Source: Albugo candida (Eukaryota). From it: DNA of 64,000 nucleotides. Under the pieces are notes generated by a model. The model was not told where the DNA came from. It saw only the letters and a program-made list of their open reading frames with translations, and ran no database searches. Shown piece by piece: positions 48,107 to 60,900 of the stretch. A program made the translations under genes and the position numbers. The stretch is taken from assembly GCA_040437565.1 (NCBI GenBank), contig JBDOQK010000031.1:62001-126000 (forward strand), written 5' to 3'. The stretch's first letter is position 1, and every line of letters begins with the position of its first letter.

Positions 48107-48432
48107 AGGAACAATTCTCTCGCCTCTCGCTTTTTTATAGGGTATTGCTATGTACTATACATATGTCAATTTAAAAGTATTCCTCAAGTTTCTCCATGTA
48201 AATTCTTACTTCGGGCACTTTCTCGATGCAACTTTGTGTAGCCAGTAGCCTTCATAGAACGTACTGAGTCCTGTGCATGACTGAGTCCCGAGCCATAAAG
48301 GATTCATTCCGCATATTTTGCCGTCAAGATTTTACTTCCTGTACTTTATAGGAGCAACAATTGTGTAGCCAGTAGCATTTAACGAATGAGCTAAAAATTT
48401 AACTGCGTGACGCAATCCCAGGTTATAAAGGT

Positions 48433-50178
48433 TTAATTCGCAAGTTTCTCTATCAAGATCTTACTTCCTGCATTCTCTAGCGCTGCTTCGTTCAATTTTG
48501 GCATAGACGCTCGCAATACCTTCTTGAGTTCTTTTTTCGCCTTCTTCCCGTGTTCTTCATTCTCCAAGCAGGACAGCACAACGAAGGCGCCGCGATTGTT
48601 GGCGACAGCCCATTCAGCAAGTTGACTTTTGCTCGTTTCTAAAAACGACAGTACAAAAGACGTTTCCTTTAAAACACGTCGTAATGTGTAGTGCGCGATA
48701 GGATGCGAGTATAAGGGACCAGTATGTTGCTCGTCATTGGCAATTTCGAGCTTTGCCGTCTGTTCAAATGCCGATTCCAGCTGCTCTAAATCTTCCGTGT
48801 TCTGCTGCTCAGATTCTTTGATTACTTCAATGAGCACGTCGCGACCGTGTTTGGAGCACATGAGCGCTTGCATGTGATCGCAACACATTGTATGAAGCTT
48901 TGGTAACCATCCACGAAGATAAGTTTCTCGCTTGGTGACAGGGTCCTTCTTATAATTGACGATGAGGGAATCGTCAGTAGCTTTGTCATTGTTTGGAATC
49001 ATTGGTGGCGCCAGAAGAGAAATCTCGTCCGGTGAGAGATACTTTGGATTTAATGGCGATAATAGTTGTAATAATACTTTCCTTCCGGTAGAGTGCATGG
49101 CTACTTCGAAAAGATGATCATTCAGCTCGCTAAGAATTGTCTTCTGCACGAGTACTGTATCATCAACAACATCTAAAATACGCTGTAAGACCAAATAGCC
49201 ACTGGGATGATTGGTTGCTTCAAGGACTTTATCTTTGAGACACTTCAGTATTCTCTTACGGTCTTTTGTGGTGCCGAAACCCAAGCAACGATTGACTACA
49301 CAAGCTCCTTTATAAGTCGCCAATAGCGCTAATGAAAAGTCTCGAACATTTGGAACTATTGAGACAACATCCGCGTACTCTGCATGAGAAAAGTAATCCC
49401 AGAGTAGCGCTTGAACGAAGACGAGACTCAAAAGCTCTTTATCAATCATCCGACTCAGAATTTCGCCCAAGTGTTTGATGATCGCATTCTTTTTATCCGG
49501 ATATGTCTCTAACAAACCATTTAGATTGCGCCCTTTGATGTCGGAAGGAAAATAAGCAAACTCTTTTCCATAGAACTCCAGTTTAAGTTTCCAAAACAAT
49601 GATGTCGACAAGTATTCCTGAGCAGTCTCAAGTACACTAGCAGCGACATTATGTGTTCCAACTACAATGGCTTGTCCCGTCAAAGCCTTTGCGATTGCAG
49701 CTCGGTCGTTATCAGAGCCATATTTAAGCATTTTTTTTATTAAAAAGGAGCCGTACTGCGTCTTTGCCAGCTCAATGATATGATCCTTCAGTTCCAAAAC
49801 GATTTGATCGCGATGCTCACGAGTTCCATGTTGAAATAGACCTTGAATGACCCGCGAAGCATCGTGCTTTGCAGATATCTGATAGATGTTGTTCTTAACC
49901 ACTTCATACAAGTCGCTTGCAAGCTTTGACCGTTTCGCTTTGTCAATCTTTCTTTCGCGGAGGTTATTCCATAGTTGCTTTGCTCGAGTAACCATTGCAT
50001 AATGCGGCTTTTGCGCACAGCGCTGCTTGCGAGTGGCTTTTTGATCCATAAAAGACTTCTTTGCGTTTCCATCAAAAGCTTGCGAAGCATTACGCTTATT
50101 GTACTTTCTCTGGCTTGCATTGTTTGAGTTTGAATCAGACGCTGAGGTTTGCTGTCGATCGACTTTCGTTGCACTCAT
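48433..50178 (-). CDS. PUM3: Pumilio homolog 3 / Puf6-like nucleolar RNA-binding protein (PUF repeats + CPL domain)
   Basis: KHDASRVIQGLFQHG, IELAKTQYGSFLIKKMLKYG, GTTKDRKRILK, DVVDDTVLVQK, GRKVLLQLLSP, KKDPVTKRE and WAVANNRGAFV. Confidence 0.9.
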   Translation of the reverse strand: MSATKVDRQQTSASDSNSNNASQRKYNKRNASQAFDGNAKKSFMDQKATRKQRCAQKPHYAMVTRAKQLWNNLRERKIDKAKRSKLASDLYEVVKNNIYQISAKHDASRVIQGLFQHGTREHRDQIVLELKDHIIELAKTQYGSFLIKKMLKYGSDNDRAAIAKALTGQAIVVGTHNVAASVLETAQEYLSTSLFWKLKLEFYGKEFAYFPSDIKGRNLNGLLETYPDKKNAIIKHLGEILSRMIDKELLSLVFVQALLWDYFSHAEYADVVSIVPNVRDFSLALLATYKGACVVNRCLGFGTTKDRKRILKCLKDKVLEATNHPSGYLVLQRILDVVDDTVLVQKTILSELNDHLFEVAMHSTGRKVLLQLLSPLNPKYLSPDEISLLAPPMIPNNDKATDDSLIVNYKKDPVTKRETYLRGWLPKLHTMCCDHMQALMCSKHGRDVLIEVIKESEQQNTEDLEQLESAFEQTAKLEIANDEQHTGPLYSHPIAHYTLRRVLKETSFVLSFLETSKSQLAEWAVANNRGAFVVLSCLENEEHGKKAKKELKKVLRASMPKLNEAALENAGSKILIEKLAN

Positions 50179-50517
50179 TGTATTGCTTTACTCTTGCGCG
50201 TGAACCAACGATTATCTGGTGGAAGCGCTCAAAAATTGTGATAGCATGCGAGCACACTAATCTAGGCTCGTTCACACCAGTTTCGAATAGAGTCTACCTT
50301 TTAAAGGAATTCTTGTCAATTGCGATATGCGATTGCGAGGTATGAGCCTTACTAAAGAATAAATCCATTATCTGTCACATTACTGCAATGAAATATTTCA
50401 CGGAGCAACGTAACATTGAAAATTCTCCTATCTATACGAAACCTGTAAGACGAAAGCAAACCTAACAAGAAATAAAGCTTATTTTGCACTTGTCTCAACA
50501 TGTTTGTCCTCCTGGTC

Positions 50518-51642
50518 TCAATTCAATGTTGGAAAGGCTTGTAAATCGGAAACATTTGGGGCGCTAAAGCGACCACGTCCGCGACTACGTCCACCGCGCC
50601 CAAAGTCGCTTCGACCAAATTCTCCCCGACCATTGCGTCCACCACGACCAAAGTCACCGCGGGCACCACGACCACCACGATCAGAATCATTTCGTGCAGA
50701 TTCATTACGACCACCGCGTCCACCACGACTGTCGTTTTCACGAAATCGGCGATCCATTGGAGGTGCTTGAAATCCCAAGTCTGTGATGAGCTGCTTCTTT
50801 CGGCCGGAATTTTTCTTACTGAACACTTTTTCATACAAAGGCTCAATGAAATCAGGTGTTTTTCCGTCTTTGGTCAGCTGAACCGCATTGGTGAAATCTT
50901 CCACGATTTGACGTGCCTCTTTCTCTTTGAATAATTCTCCAGTTCGTTCAGATTTTTTCTTTTCAAGATATTCGTCCAGAGAAAGCTGTACTTCTTCTTC
51001 TTCTTCTGGAACAGGTTCTTCAGCATGACCTTCTTCAGCACCGGACACTTCTTCTCCGGATGGAGAATTGCTTTTTTCTTGTTCACCGGCTTCTGCAACA
51101 AGTTCGGACTCGTCATTATCATTTCCCCAATTATGCGCTCCACCACCATGTTTGCTAGCCTCCTTACCCCGGCCAGTTCCACTTCGGCGGTCAAATTCAC
51201 GACGTCCTCCACGGTCTCCGCGTGCCCCTCGACCTCCACGTCCTCCCCGACCACCGCGGCCGCGGGTTCGATCGCTGCTCTCTGGAATATCGCGATCACT
51301 ACAGTAGTCAAGTCAGGGTGCTGGATTGATTAACCTGAATGCTCTTCATCGTGTATAAAGTAAGCTTACCTTTTATCAGCTTTTTTTTCAGTGGTAGCTG
51401 TGACGTCACTTTTGTTCTGATTACGCTTATTTCCAGCCGCTGGTTTATTTAGTGATACCGCTTTGGTAGCGGACGTATCTTGTTCCTTTTTATTGGACTT
51501 GCTCCTTTTTGGAACGTCTTCATCGTCCGAGTCCAGTAAAGTGAATATATTCTTGCTACGCGCAGCCTAAACGTACGTTAACCAAGGGAGAAGGCTTATT
51601 CTTCACAACATTTGACAAGATTGAAGCAACAACTGGTACCAT
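50518..51642 (-). CDS. SERBP1/HABP4/Stm1-family RGG RNA-binding protein, three exons
   Basis: M|AARSKNIFTLLDSDDED, RREFDRRSGTGRGKEASKHGGGAHNWG, LSLDEYL, RGG repeats and C-terminal APNVSDLQAFPTL. Introns ~51639-51568 and ~51369-51300. Confidence 0.9.
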
Positions 51643-51973
51643 TTCGTCACGGCAAGGCGAAAACTTGATTTGATAAGTGGTCAAGTGATTGGTGAGGAAT
51701 GCGCGTTTGGTGTGATCCGATCTAATCCGGAAAAAGAAATACTGTATACGTGTATACCATCATCCGGTAGTATCGGTAATGTAAATAAAAAATTAAATAA
51801 CGACCTTCAAGGATCGAAAGGTCGTACAAGAGACCGTTGCTTGCTTCGAATCTGCTTCATGAAGAGACACCAAGTCGCCAAACAATTTGGTTCAGTTTCT
51901 ACAGGAAGCTTGCTTTATCTTTTTCTGTACATTCGGCAAACCAAGCTGACGGCAAACGAACCCATTTGATGAG

Positions 51974-54900
51974 ATGGGACAAAATGCCTCTAGTAGCCAA
52001 GAGCCTTTGGGCTCTACAGCTCCAGAAGATGAGAAATCACTACAATCACTTTCCAAACAGTCTAAACCCAGACATCTGGTTCCATTATCGCCTTATTTCC
52101 TCCCACTTTGCAATATTGCTAAAATTGGAGATCCAGCAACCGCAATGTCTGCTACATCGACAGATAGCAAAGACGCAGTTGAAAAGATCTTGGACTTTGA
52201 CGAGTCAATACAATGCCTTCCAGAAGGTGCACAACAAATTATTGCTAGAATCCTTCCGCTTAGTCCTAAAGGTCTTTTTTCGCAGGTTTGATGTCGTCTT
52301 CCAACACGAGCGAGCTGCAAGATTTGATGGAGAGTACACTTCCAATGGATTCTGAGCAGGAGATGTTTCAGTATATTTCACGAGTGCTCTTCTCCAATCC
52401 AAAACTTTCGAATTTCTGTGAATCGTATCGAGATATGAGGAATGTGATACGGCCAGATGACCAAAAAGCTATACCTGGAGGTTTTGAGGCTCGGATCAGT
52501 TCTTATATCCAGCTTTTGCAAAATCTTTACCATCTTACGAAGAAGCAAAAGTACCATTATGAACAACGATCAGAACTAGCTATCTCCCATGCAAGCCTAC
52601 AGCGCAAGATAGCCTCCCCACCGCTCCCCCTTCCAACGCAAGGATGTATCACATTGGGATGGGATCTCGCTATCTTTTTGATCCGATCAACTTGGATTGA
52701 GAATCCGGAAAAATATATTCAAGCTATTGACATGATAAAGGCAAACTTGAGGCCTTTAAAAGCTATGGCGTATTCAGAAACTTCCTACCTTTCTCCATCC
52801 GCTTCGAATGCATTTAGTGAGCTATCCGATTGCTTGGAAGATCTTATACACTCAGACACAGATAAAATGAATGGGGAGATGACCTTGAGATATTCTCTAA
52901 CGATGTCAACGGCTGAAGCATTGACCGAAGTCGGGGTCGCGCGAGGCTCTCTAGCAACTCTTGTATCTATGGTTCGATGGCTACTCAAAAAACCAGTCGA
53001 CAAATGTGTGAATATTTCGCCAAGCCTTTGCAAGCTCAGTACGTTGAAAGAGCAACCCATGTACGGTAAATGTGAATCATTTGGTGAGCTTTATAGCTGT
53101 GGCCAGAATTCATACGGGGAATTAGGTCTTGGTGACGACATTGAGCGACATCAACTTACGAGCGTCCCGCTATGTGGATGGGATCACATACGGCAAGTCG
53201 TGAGTGGGAATGAGATTCTGGCAATTCTGACATCTGACGGTGTGGTTCTGACCTGTGGCCTGAACAAAAGCGGTCAGTGCGGTCATGGGAATTTTGATGA
53301 GCGTGTGATGCTTCTCCGACCTATTCAGGCCTTACGCTCCCACCGAGTAAAGTATATCACCGCAAGCAATGGATGTGAGCATCTTCTCGCTATCACTGAT
53401 AGTGGTCTGGCTTACTCTTGGGGATACAATGATCGTGGTCAGCTTGGTCATGAAAATGTCGGCAGCAAGTTGTATCTACCCAAGCTCATTGAAAGCATTA
53501 AGGAGAAGAAAATGAAAAGTGCTGCAGTGAGTTATCATTCTAGTGCTTTGATATCGGAATCAGGCGAACTATACACTTTTGGGATGAACGACTGCGGGCA
53601 ACTCGGGCTGGATCATACTCAGCATCAATCAACGCCGCAATTGGTCAAGGCTTTACTCGGCCACCAAGTTAGTATGGTCAGTTGTGGTCTGTATCATATG
53701 GTATTATGTACCGCTAAAGGAGAACTATTCACGTGTGGTAAGAACGACTATGGACAATTGGGCTTGGGGCATAATAAACAAGTGAAGACACCCACTCAGG
53801 TCGTACTTCCGAATGAATTGATTTGTTTTGTTGCATGTGGATACTATCACGCCATAGCAATCACTTCGACCGGTTTGACGTACTCGTTTGGACGAAATGA
53901 TTATGGTCAGCTTGGAATCGGTTCTAAGATACATCAGAATATTCCTATTGCATTAACGATATCGTCAAACACGCACATGGTTCATGCAGCTTGTGGGTGT
54001 TATCACACAGTGCTGATGTCGGACACGGGTCAGGTCTTCGTATTTGGTCGTAACAACAAGGGGCAATTGGGAAATCGTGGGAACACTGATTCTCTTTTGC
54101 CCGTTCCTTTAAAGGTGAGACCTGAGAAGAATATGCGGAGGTGTCTCCACATAGCGGCAGGGTTTTACACCACATCGCTGATAGTGGAACGAAAACGTGA
54201 GAATGATGAAGGCGATGCAGTCTTATTGAATGAGAATTGTATCACACCAATATGTGGTCGCGTGGATATCGATCGCTCAGGTGAAGCTGAAGGTCTAAGC
54301 AACTTTGGAACCATGTCAACGATGGGCGTGTCACTGTTTTGTGGGAAATGGTTTTACGAGGTTGAATTGATTACTTGTGGTCTCATTCAAATCGGGTGGA
54401 TTGATAACTACTTTCAAGGAAGCTCAGATCAAGGAGAAGGTGTGGGTGATCATGAGCATTCCTGGTCTTATGACGGAAATCGTCAGCGGAGGTGGAATAG
54501 CGGTTCCTCATCTTACGGTGACAAATGGAAGCCTGGAGACGTTATCGGATGCTTGTTGGATCTTGATTCGTGCGAAATGACGTTTTTTCGCAACGGAATA
54601 AGTCTAGGTGTAGCATTTACAGATTTGAAGATCTCTTCGCATGAACCGAAATTAGGGCTGAGGCCAGGGATCAGTCTAGAGCGCGGTGAGATTGTCAGAA
54701 TCAATTTGGGACATCAAGCATTCGCCTTCCCTCCAACAACTATTGCAGATTTTGACGGTGTAGCGAGAGGAATCCTTCTTTCCGCGCCTTCAGCTCTCAT
54801 CAACTGTTTCACTTCTATTACCAGCTCAACATTGGAAGCTTCTCCAGATGCTCTGTATGGATCAGCAACAGTGATGGCTGGATCTCGTATATTTGTCATA

Positions 54901-57900
54901 GGAGGAAGCGTAGCTCCTGATGCTAAAAGCAGCAATATAGTTTGGGTGTACGACACAAAGACTCAGTCCTGGGATCGATGGAGCGACTTTCCTCTCAATA
55001 TCCGCCATCATCAAGCTGTTCTCATTGAAAATGCTTATATTCTCGTTTTGGGTGGTGAAGATCAATCAGCCAATTCTCGGCATATGCACACATACAAGTG
55101 CTCTGTTACGCGCAATGAAGACGGAAGTCTACCTCAGTGGGAACTGATTCAAGGATCGGCTACCGAATCGCTTCCAACTTCCCGGGCATTTCATTGTGCA
55201 GCTGTTGTAGATGCTAGGCTCGACACTCTTGTACTCGTATACGGAGGCAGAAACGCTGATAACGCGATATTAGGCGATGTCTGGTGTTTCTCACTGGACG
55301 ACTTTACTTGGGCACGCTTTCCTTCATCGACGTTTTTGGATCCGGGTCCTCGAACAGGTTGCACACTGAGTGCTACGGGTGAATCCGTTTACTTGTTTGG
55401 TGGACTTGACCGAGATGATAATCTTCGAGCTGATTTATGGTGCTTTAATGTCTTTGATCGTGCCTGGTATTTGGTCCATGATGATGACATCAATGCTCAA
55501 AACAGCGGAACGACTTCGACTATCGCCAATTTCAGGCATGGTTTTATTCCGGAGGCTCGCAAGAATTACAGTCTGGTGACTGATATCGGAACTGTTTGGA
55601 TCTTTGGAGGTCAGAACCAAGCAGATGAGTTTTTTTGTGACTTGTGGTCATATTCTGTGGCTTCGCAAAAGTGGAACGCAATCGAAATGCATTCAGAAGA
55701 GTGCAGAAAAATAAAATTGGGATCTGCTCGCATGCTCATAGAACGTGGAGTTGTCAATGCACTTTCGTGTGCATCCGACAACAAATATTGTGGAGCAGAT
55801 AGTCGAGATTATTTATATCTGATCGATTTGACTCAACAAAGCTTACCTGCTTACTCGATTTCCGCTTGTAGTTCACCCGTATATAAGACCAAAAATGGAG
55901 TTGCAGCTGGAAGATTCTCACATATAACTACGCTTCTGCGTTCACGAACAAGTACGCCTACGAACAATAGGAACACTTACTATTGTGCATTGAAAACGCT
56001 CGACTCTGGAGTCTCGATTCTCTCCCATTTGGATCGACTCGCGGGAACGGATGTGCTCGTAGATGACACAGAGACTGTCCAATTGTCTCGATGCAGCTAT
56101 CGATCTCTGTGTATTGATCCCAAAAAGAAGACTTTTGAAGCCCTTTTCGATCTCTTGTTATCTCTTAACTCATCCTTTTCAGAATGGAAATTGCTTGTTC
56201 GAGAACGTTCTGAGTCGATGATTCCATCTCAAGTCGTATTGGAGATACTGTATCCTCTATTTGTATGTCTACGGCTATTGAAACTCAACCTCTATGAGCT
56301 CTCTCGTTGCTGTCCCGACACAATCAAAGCTGGCCTCTCAAAGGAAAGCGATACATCTCCGGCTAGAGTTCTCAACCTCATTCAGCTTGAGTTATTCAAT
56401 ATTATCGAGCATCCTGTCATGTTGCCAGCTGCTTTGTCCGATGTCACGTGGATGTGCACGGCAATTGAGCAGGAAAGCGCCTTTTGTATCTATCACGGCT
56501 TTGGATCTCTGTTTCCATCGCTGGCGGAAAGACTCGACGTTCTCAAATATTTTCTCGAAAAAGGGTCATCGAGTCCCATCGACTTGGACTTTGATCCAAA
56601 CTTTTGGGACGTCGAGAATGAAATTTTCACAAAAAAACAAACCCTTCTACCAATGCTCATGTCGTGCTTCACATCTCACCGTATGCTTTTCCAGCTGATG
56701 AGCTATTCCGAAAGTAGCGCCGGGAACACGGCAAAAATGTCACGTTCACTGACAGACGTTACTCAAGGCCTTTTTGAGACGTTGATGATCAACCTATGGC
56801 GTCAAACAACCGCTGTTATGGAAAAGTGGATGAGAGAAGCTCCAAAGGATACAACAAATTGTGCTGCGATTCTGGAAGAGCTGGAACAAGTCATTTTGTC
56901 CGATGAGTTCAAGGTACTCAACATATTGCTTCGCGCTAATATATTTTGGGTGTCGAGGTCTTTCGAAACAAGCTGGCAGACCGTACAATTTGTGATCACT
57001 AGGATTATCACCTATATTATCAATTTGATAGAAATGGTGAACAATGGCGCAGACAATATGGACAAGAGACTCTGTGCGTGGGTCATAAAGTCAAGCTTCT
57101 GTGGCAAAGTCCTTCCTTTCTTGATACTTAGCACTTTGTCGCTTCAAAATGTGCGAGATAATTTCCAAAGCATGGCTGGGACTATTTGGCCTTCAATCAA
57201 ATGTCTTCTACTCGAGATTCAGGATGCGATTGAGGAAACCGATGCCGAATGTTTTGAAATGATTGTATGCGATGAAGAAAGATTTCGGGAAGGTACAAAG
57301 GAAGGTCTTTCATCTCCTAATGTTATGGTTTCGGAGGATCTCTCACACCTTCTGTTTGGACAACCTTCAAAAGACACCGTGCCATTACACCAAGTCTTGG
57401 AGGCTTTGTGGATGAAGCAAACGGATCTTGTGTGCGATGCTGACAAGACTTTTGCAAGGATGTTGATACCATCCGAGCTAGAAATTCTATTTGGTACTGC
57501 CACGTTTATGGTGAGAGCATCCCAACTTCCACGCGACGAATTGCAAGAAAACGACCTGAGGACGCTCTTTGCCCCCAGCTGGATGATTTTATCCCAGCAT
57601 ATCTACCCTGAATCTGATAATTCACGAGAAGATCAAGTTGAGGAGGCTCAAGGAAGCACATCTGAAAGCACGGCAACGACCTTCAGTCTTCGACCATTGC
57701 ATATGAAAAACATTCATCACTCTATTGAAACAAGCTACTCCTGGCTTAAAGACTTGCGTAATATTTTAGCCTGGGCTGGCAGTCATTATGCGTCGGCTTT
57801 GGTAGCAAGCAATCGATCTCTAGTCGACTATGAGCTTATACAACGCTGGACCAAGTCTCCTCTTTTTGTCGGAGGTTTGGAAAAAGATGGAATCGAAGAA

Positions 57901-60900
57901 ACCGGAGCGAGTGATCTCGACAACATATACAATCGCTTTCTACGACAAATTGTAGAGAACGAAGGTAATGGGAAGAAAGTTTTGGAGAAAATACGCCTTG
58001 CACTCGATCTTGGAGGTATCGGTAAGGTCCCCACATCGATTAATCCAAAGCTTCAGGCCACGCGTTTAAGACGGCAGGACAGTGTGGAAGCTGCACTTCA
58101 AAAAAGCGGTTCTTTTGAGGCTGTAGACCGCGCTGTCAGGTCTACTTTTGCAGTGCTATTGAAGCATACTCATTTAGGATCCACTTCATCGGCTATGATC
58201 ATGGATCAAACTATTTCCGAGAAACTTGTCGATTTGTGGCGAGCTTCTTTGCAGCTTCGGCGTTGGATTGTCAGAGAACAACAGAAACTTGCCGCTACGA
58301 TGAGGTTCGTGCAGATATACTTTCTTATATTCGCTTTCTTACACTGTTGTAGTGATAAGAAAGTGGGCTTGTCGGAGCCCGTCTCGAGAGAATATCAGCA
58401 GGAACTATACAACACAGTTTGCGAGCCGCTACTTTTACGAGCCAAATTGCTTCTAAAGTTTTCTCCCGCATCTTCCTCTTATTTATTTGATGAAAGTTCA
58501 TCGTCCAAGACTTTGAAACAAGCGAGCGTCATACCAGGTATCTTGTCATGTCTCTCGTTGTTGAGTATTCCGGGTGTCTGATAGCGCCCTCTGACGTAGA
58601 AGCCGGACGTTCATTGACCGATACGGATTCGAATAATTTTGTCGGTGATTCAGAGTCTACAGAAGAAGACGAACGCATACAATCCGAAGTTTTTTCTTTC
58701 TTGCAACAGTCCTGGACACAAGAGCGCTTTTTTACGGATTCCAACGATCCTGTAGCCATCTCTGCAGATGTTTCTCACCGAATGCAGCAGCTCCTGATAG
58801 TCAAGGGAGAACTCGCAGATAATCGTTTACTTGGTTTAGAGATATTTCACCAGCTTCTCGAAAGCACAAGTGATCCCAACGCTCGAGAATTTATAATTTC
58901 TGCTTTGGCTGTTGCCTTCAAGCGCATTGAATTTTCTCGCAAATGTCCCACATCTTATCCAAGTTGTAGTTCGGATCCACAAGCACTAGTATCTCAGCAA
59001 GATCACTCTTGTAGGATACAAAAGGTTCATTATCTAGCTGATTTGGAACTTATCGGAAGCTTACGCCACCAACGAATCTCTGATGAGTTTTTCCAAATTC
59101 TTTCCAGCTTGCTCGAAGCTTCAGTCAAACAGCTCGAAAGTCTCCATATTCTCAGTACAAGTAATGAAGATTTCAATAGTGCGTCTCGAGGTTTACAAGT
59201 CTGCAAACTCCGCGCTGCCATCCACGACATGCTATCAGTTCTAGATTTCTGCAGCTTACCATATCGGTCGGTAGATTGGGAAAAACTGGAGAAGATTGGT
59301 ATCACTTCGCTGCTGAAGAAACTAGCAAACTGGAACACCTATGAAAGACAGATCAATTTAGCATCCGCTACGGACTCCGAAGACGATTCCATGCGCTCGC
59401 TACATTGTCCATTGCTTCCAGCAGCCACAGGTGCGAGGAATTCAAAGATATTGTGTGGAAGATATATTACGATCAAGACCGACCTGCATAGGCTGACGCT
59501 TCTACACAGCCCGGAAGATGGTAAAAAGTCAGGAGGCTTCGCAATCTGTGATAAACCGTTTTCGAGAGGTCGATGGTTCTGGCAAGTATCTATTCAATCG
59601 CAATGCAAAGTTCCTGTCTTTATAGGAGTTACCAATTCGGCTATAGACCTCAACTCGTACAGAAATGGTAAAATGGTCGCTGAGAACAATTCTAGCGGAA
59701 TCTACGCATTCCACGATCACTATATCGCATCGACATCACACCATCGCAGGACAGAAATGATGTTCCCGATAGATGAACAAGGATGTGGCGCGATACAGAT
59801 TGTGCTAGATTGTGAAGAAGGACGGCTCGACTTTTACATGCGAAAAAAGCGATTTCAATCTCAGTCTTTGCATGATCTTTCCAATCAATCATTTCCAGAC
59901 TCGTACTATGCTGTGGTCGGACTGGAAAATGCTCAAGTTGGCTGGGATCTCGCTCATCCAATCCCAGCAAAATTATGGGCAAACAGCATTGATTTTCGCT
60001 TTACGTCCCCGGTAATTGCAGGGGACCTCATCGCTGCTCCCTATCGTGGACAAAAGATGGGCTGGAGCTCGATATCCTGTAGACATTGCGTGATTGCTGG
60101 ATCTGGAGACACTATCATCGCTGGTGTCGAACAGATGCAGGAAGAGCTATACGAGAACATCGTGCTGAGTCACACTTTCAAGACCGGTGACTTATTTTAC
60201 ATGGAAGTATATCCTATATCTGGTGGCTTCGATTCTAGAGTGTATCTTACATTTGACATCGTTGGCGATGACTCTTATCAAACGACTCCCCATCTTGTCG
60301 ATAAAATATCCAAAGGTAGAGAATTGGCCATCGATTGCTTACTCTCTGAAGTCGACAAGAAAACATGTCGCTTCGGGGTCCTTTTCAACTTCGGCAATGG
60401 CAATATAACGCGATATACATCGGATGGTAATGCTTGTGCAATTGCCCACATTGATCTGTCCGACCTGGAATCAAGCTATCGACCATGTATAAAGATTCTG
60501 TTGAATGGAGCTATAATTCACACGGACACGCATCCAGCGATAGTGTACCCGAAAGCGGCAAATCTGGCAATGGAAAACGCTACTTTGCATACAAGCTTAA
60601 CGTCGTGTCCGAGCAAAATGGATATGCAAGCTGGTAAAAGGCTTGACATGATGATAGTTGAGTGCGATGGAGAAGAGACAAACAGCTCCCATATGGCTAA
60701 AAATTGTCTTGTTGATGACCCAAGTGTATTTAGCTCGAACAAAAGCAGAAATGTTCATTTGGTTTTGAAGCATCAGGTCAATACGCCTTTTTGTGTGAAC
60801 TACCTCTCACTACGTGGACCAGGTTCAGGATATACGCATCCAGCTCAGCACATCCTCGTATTCATAACAAGTAGCAAACCCATTTGTCAGGATTATGCTG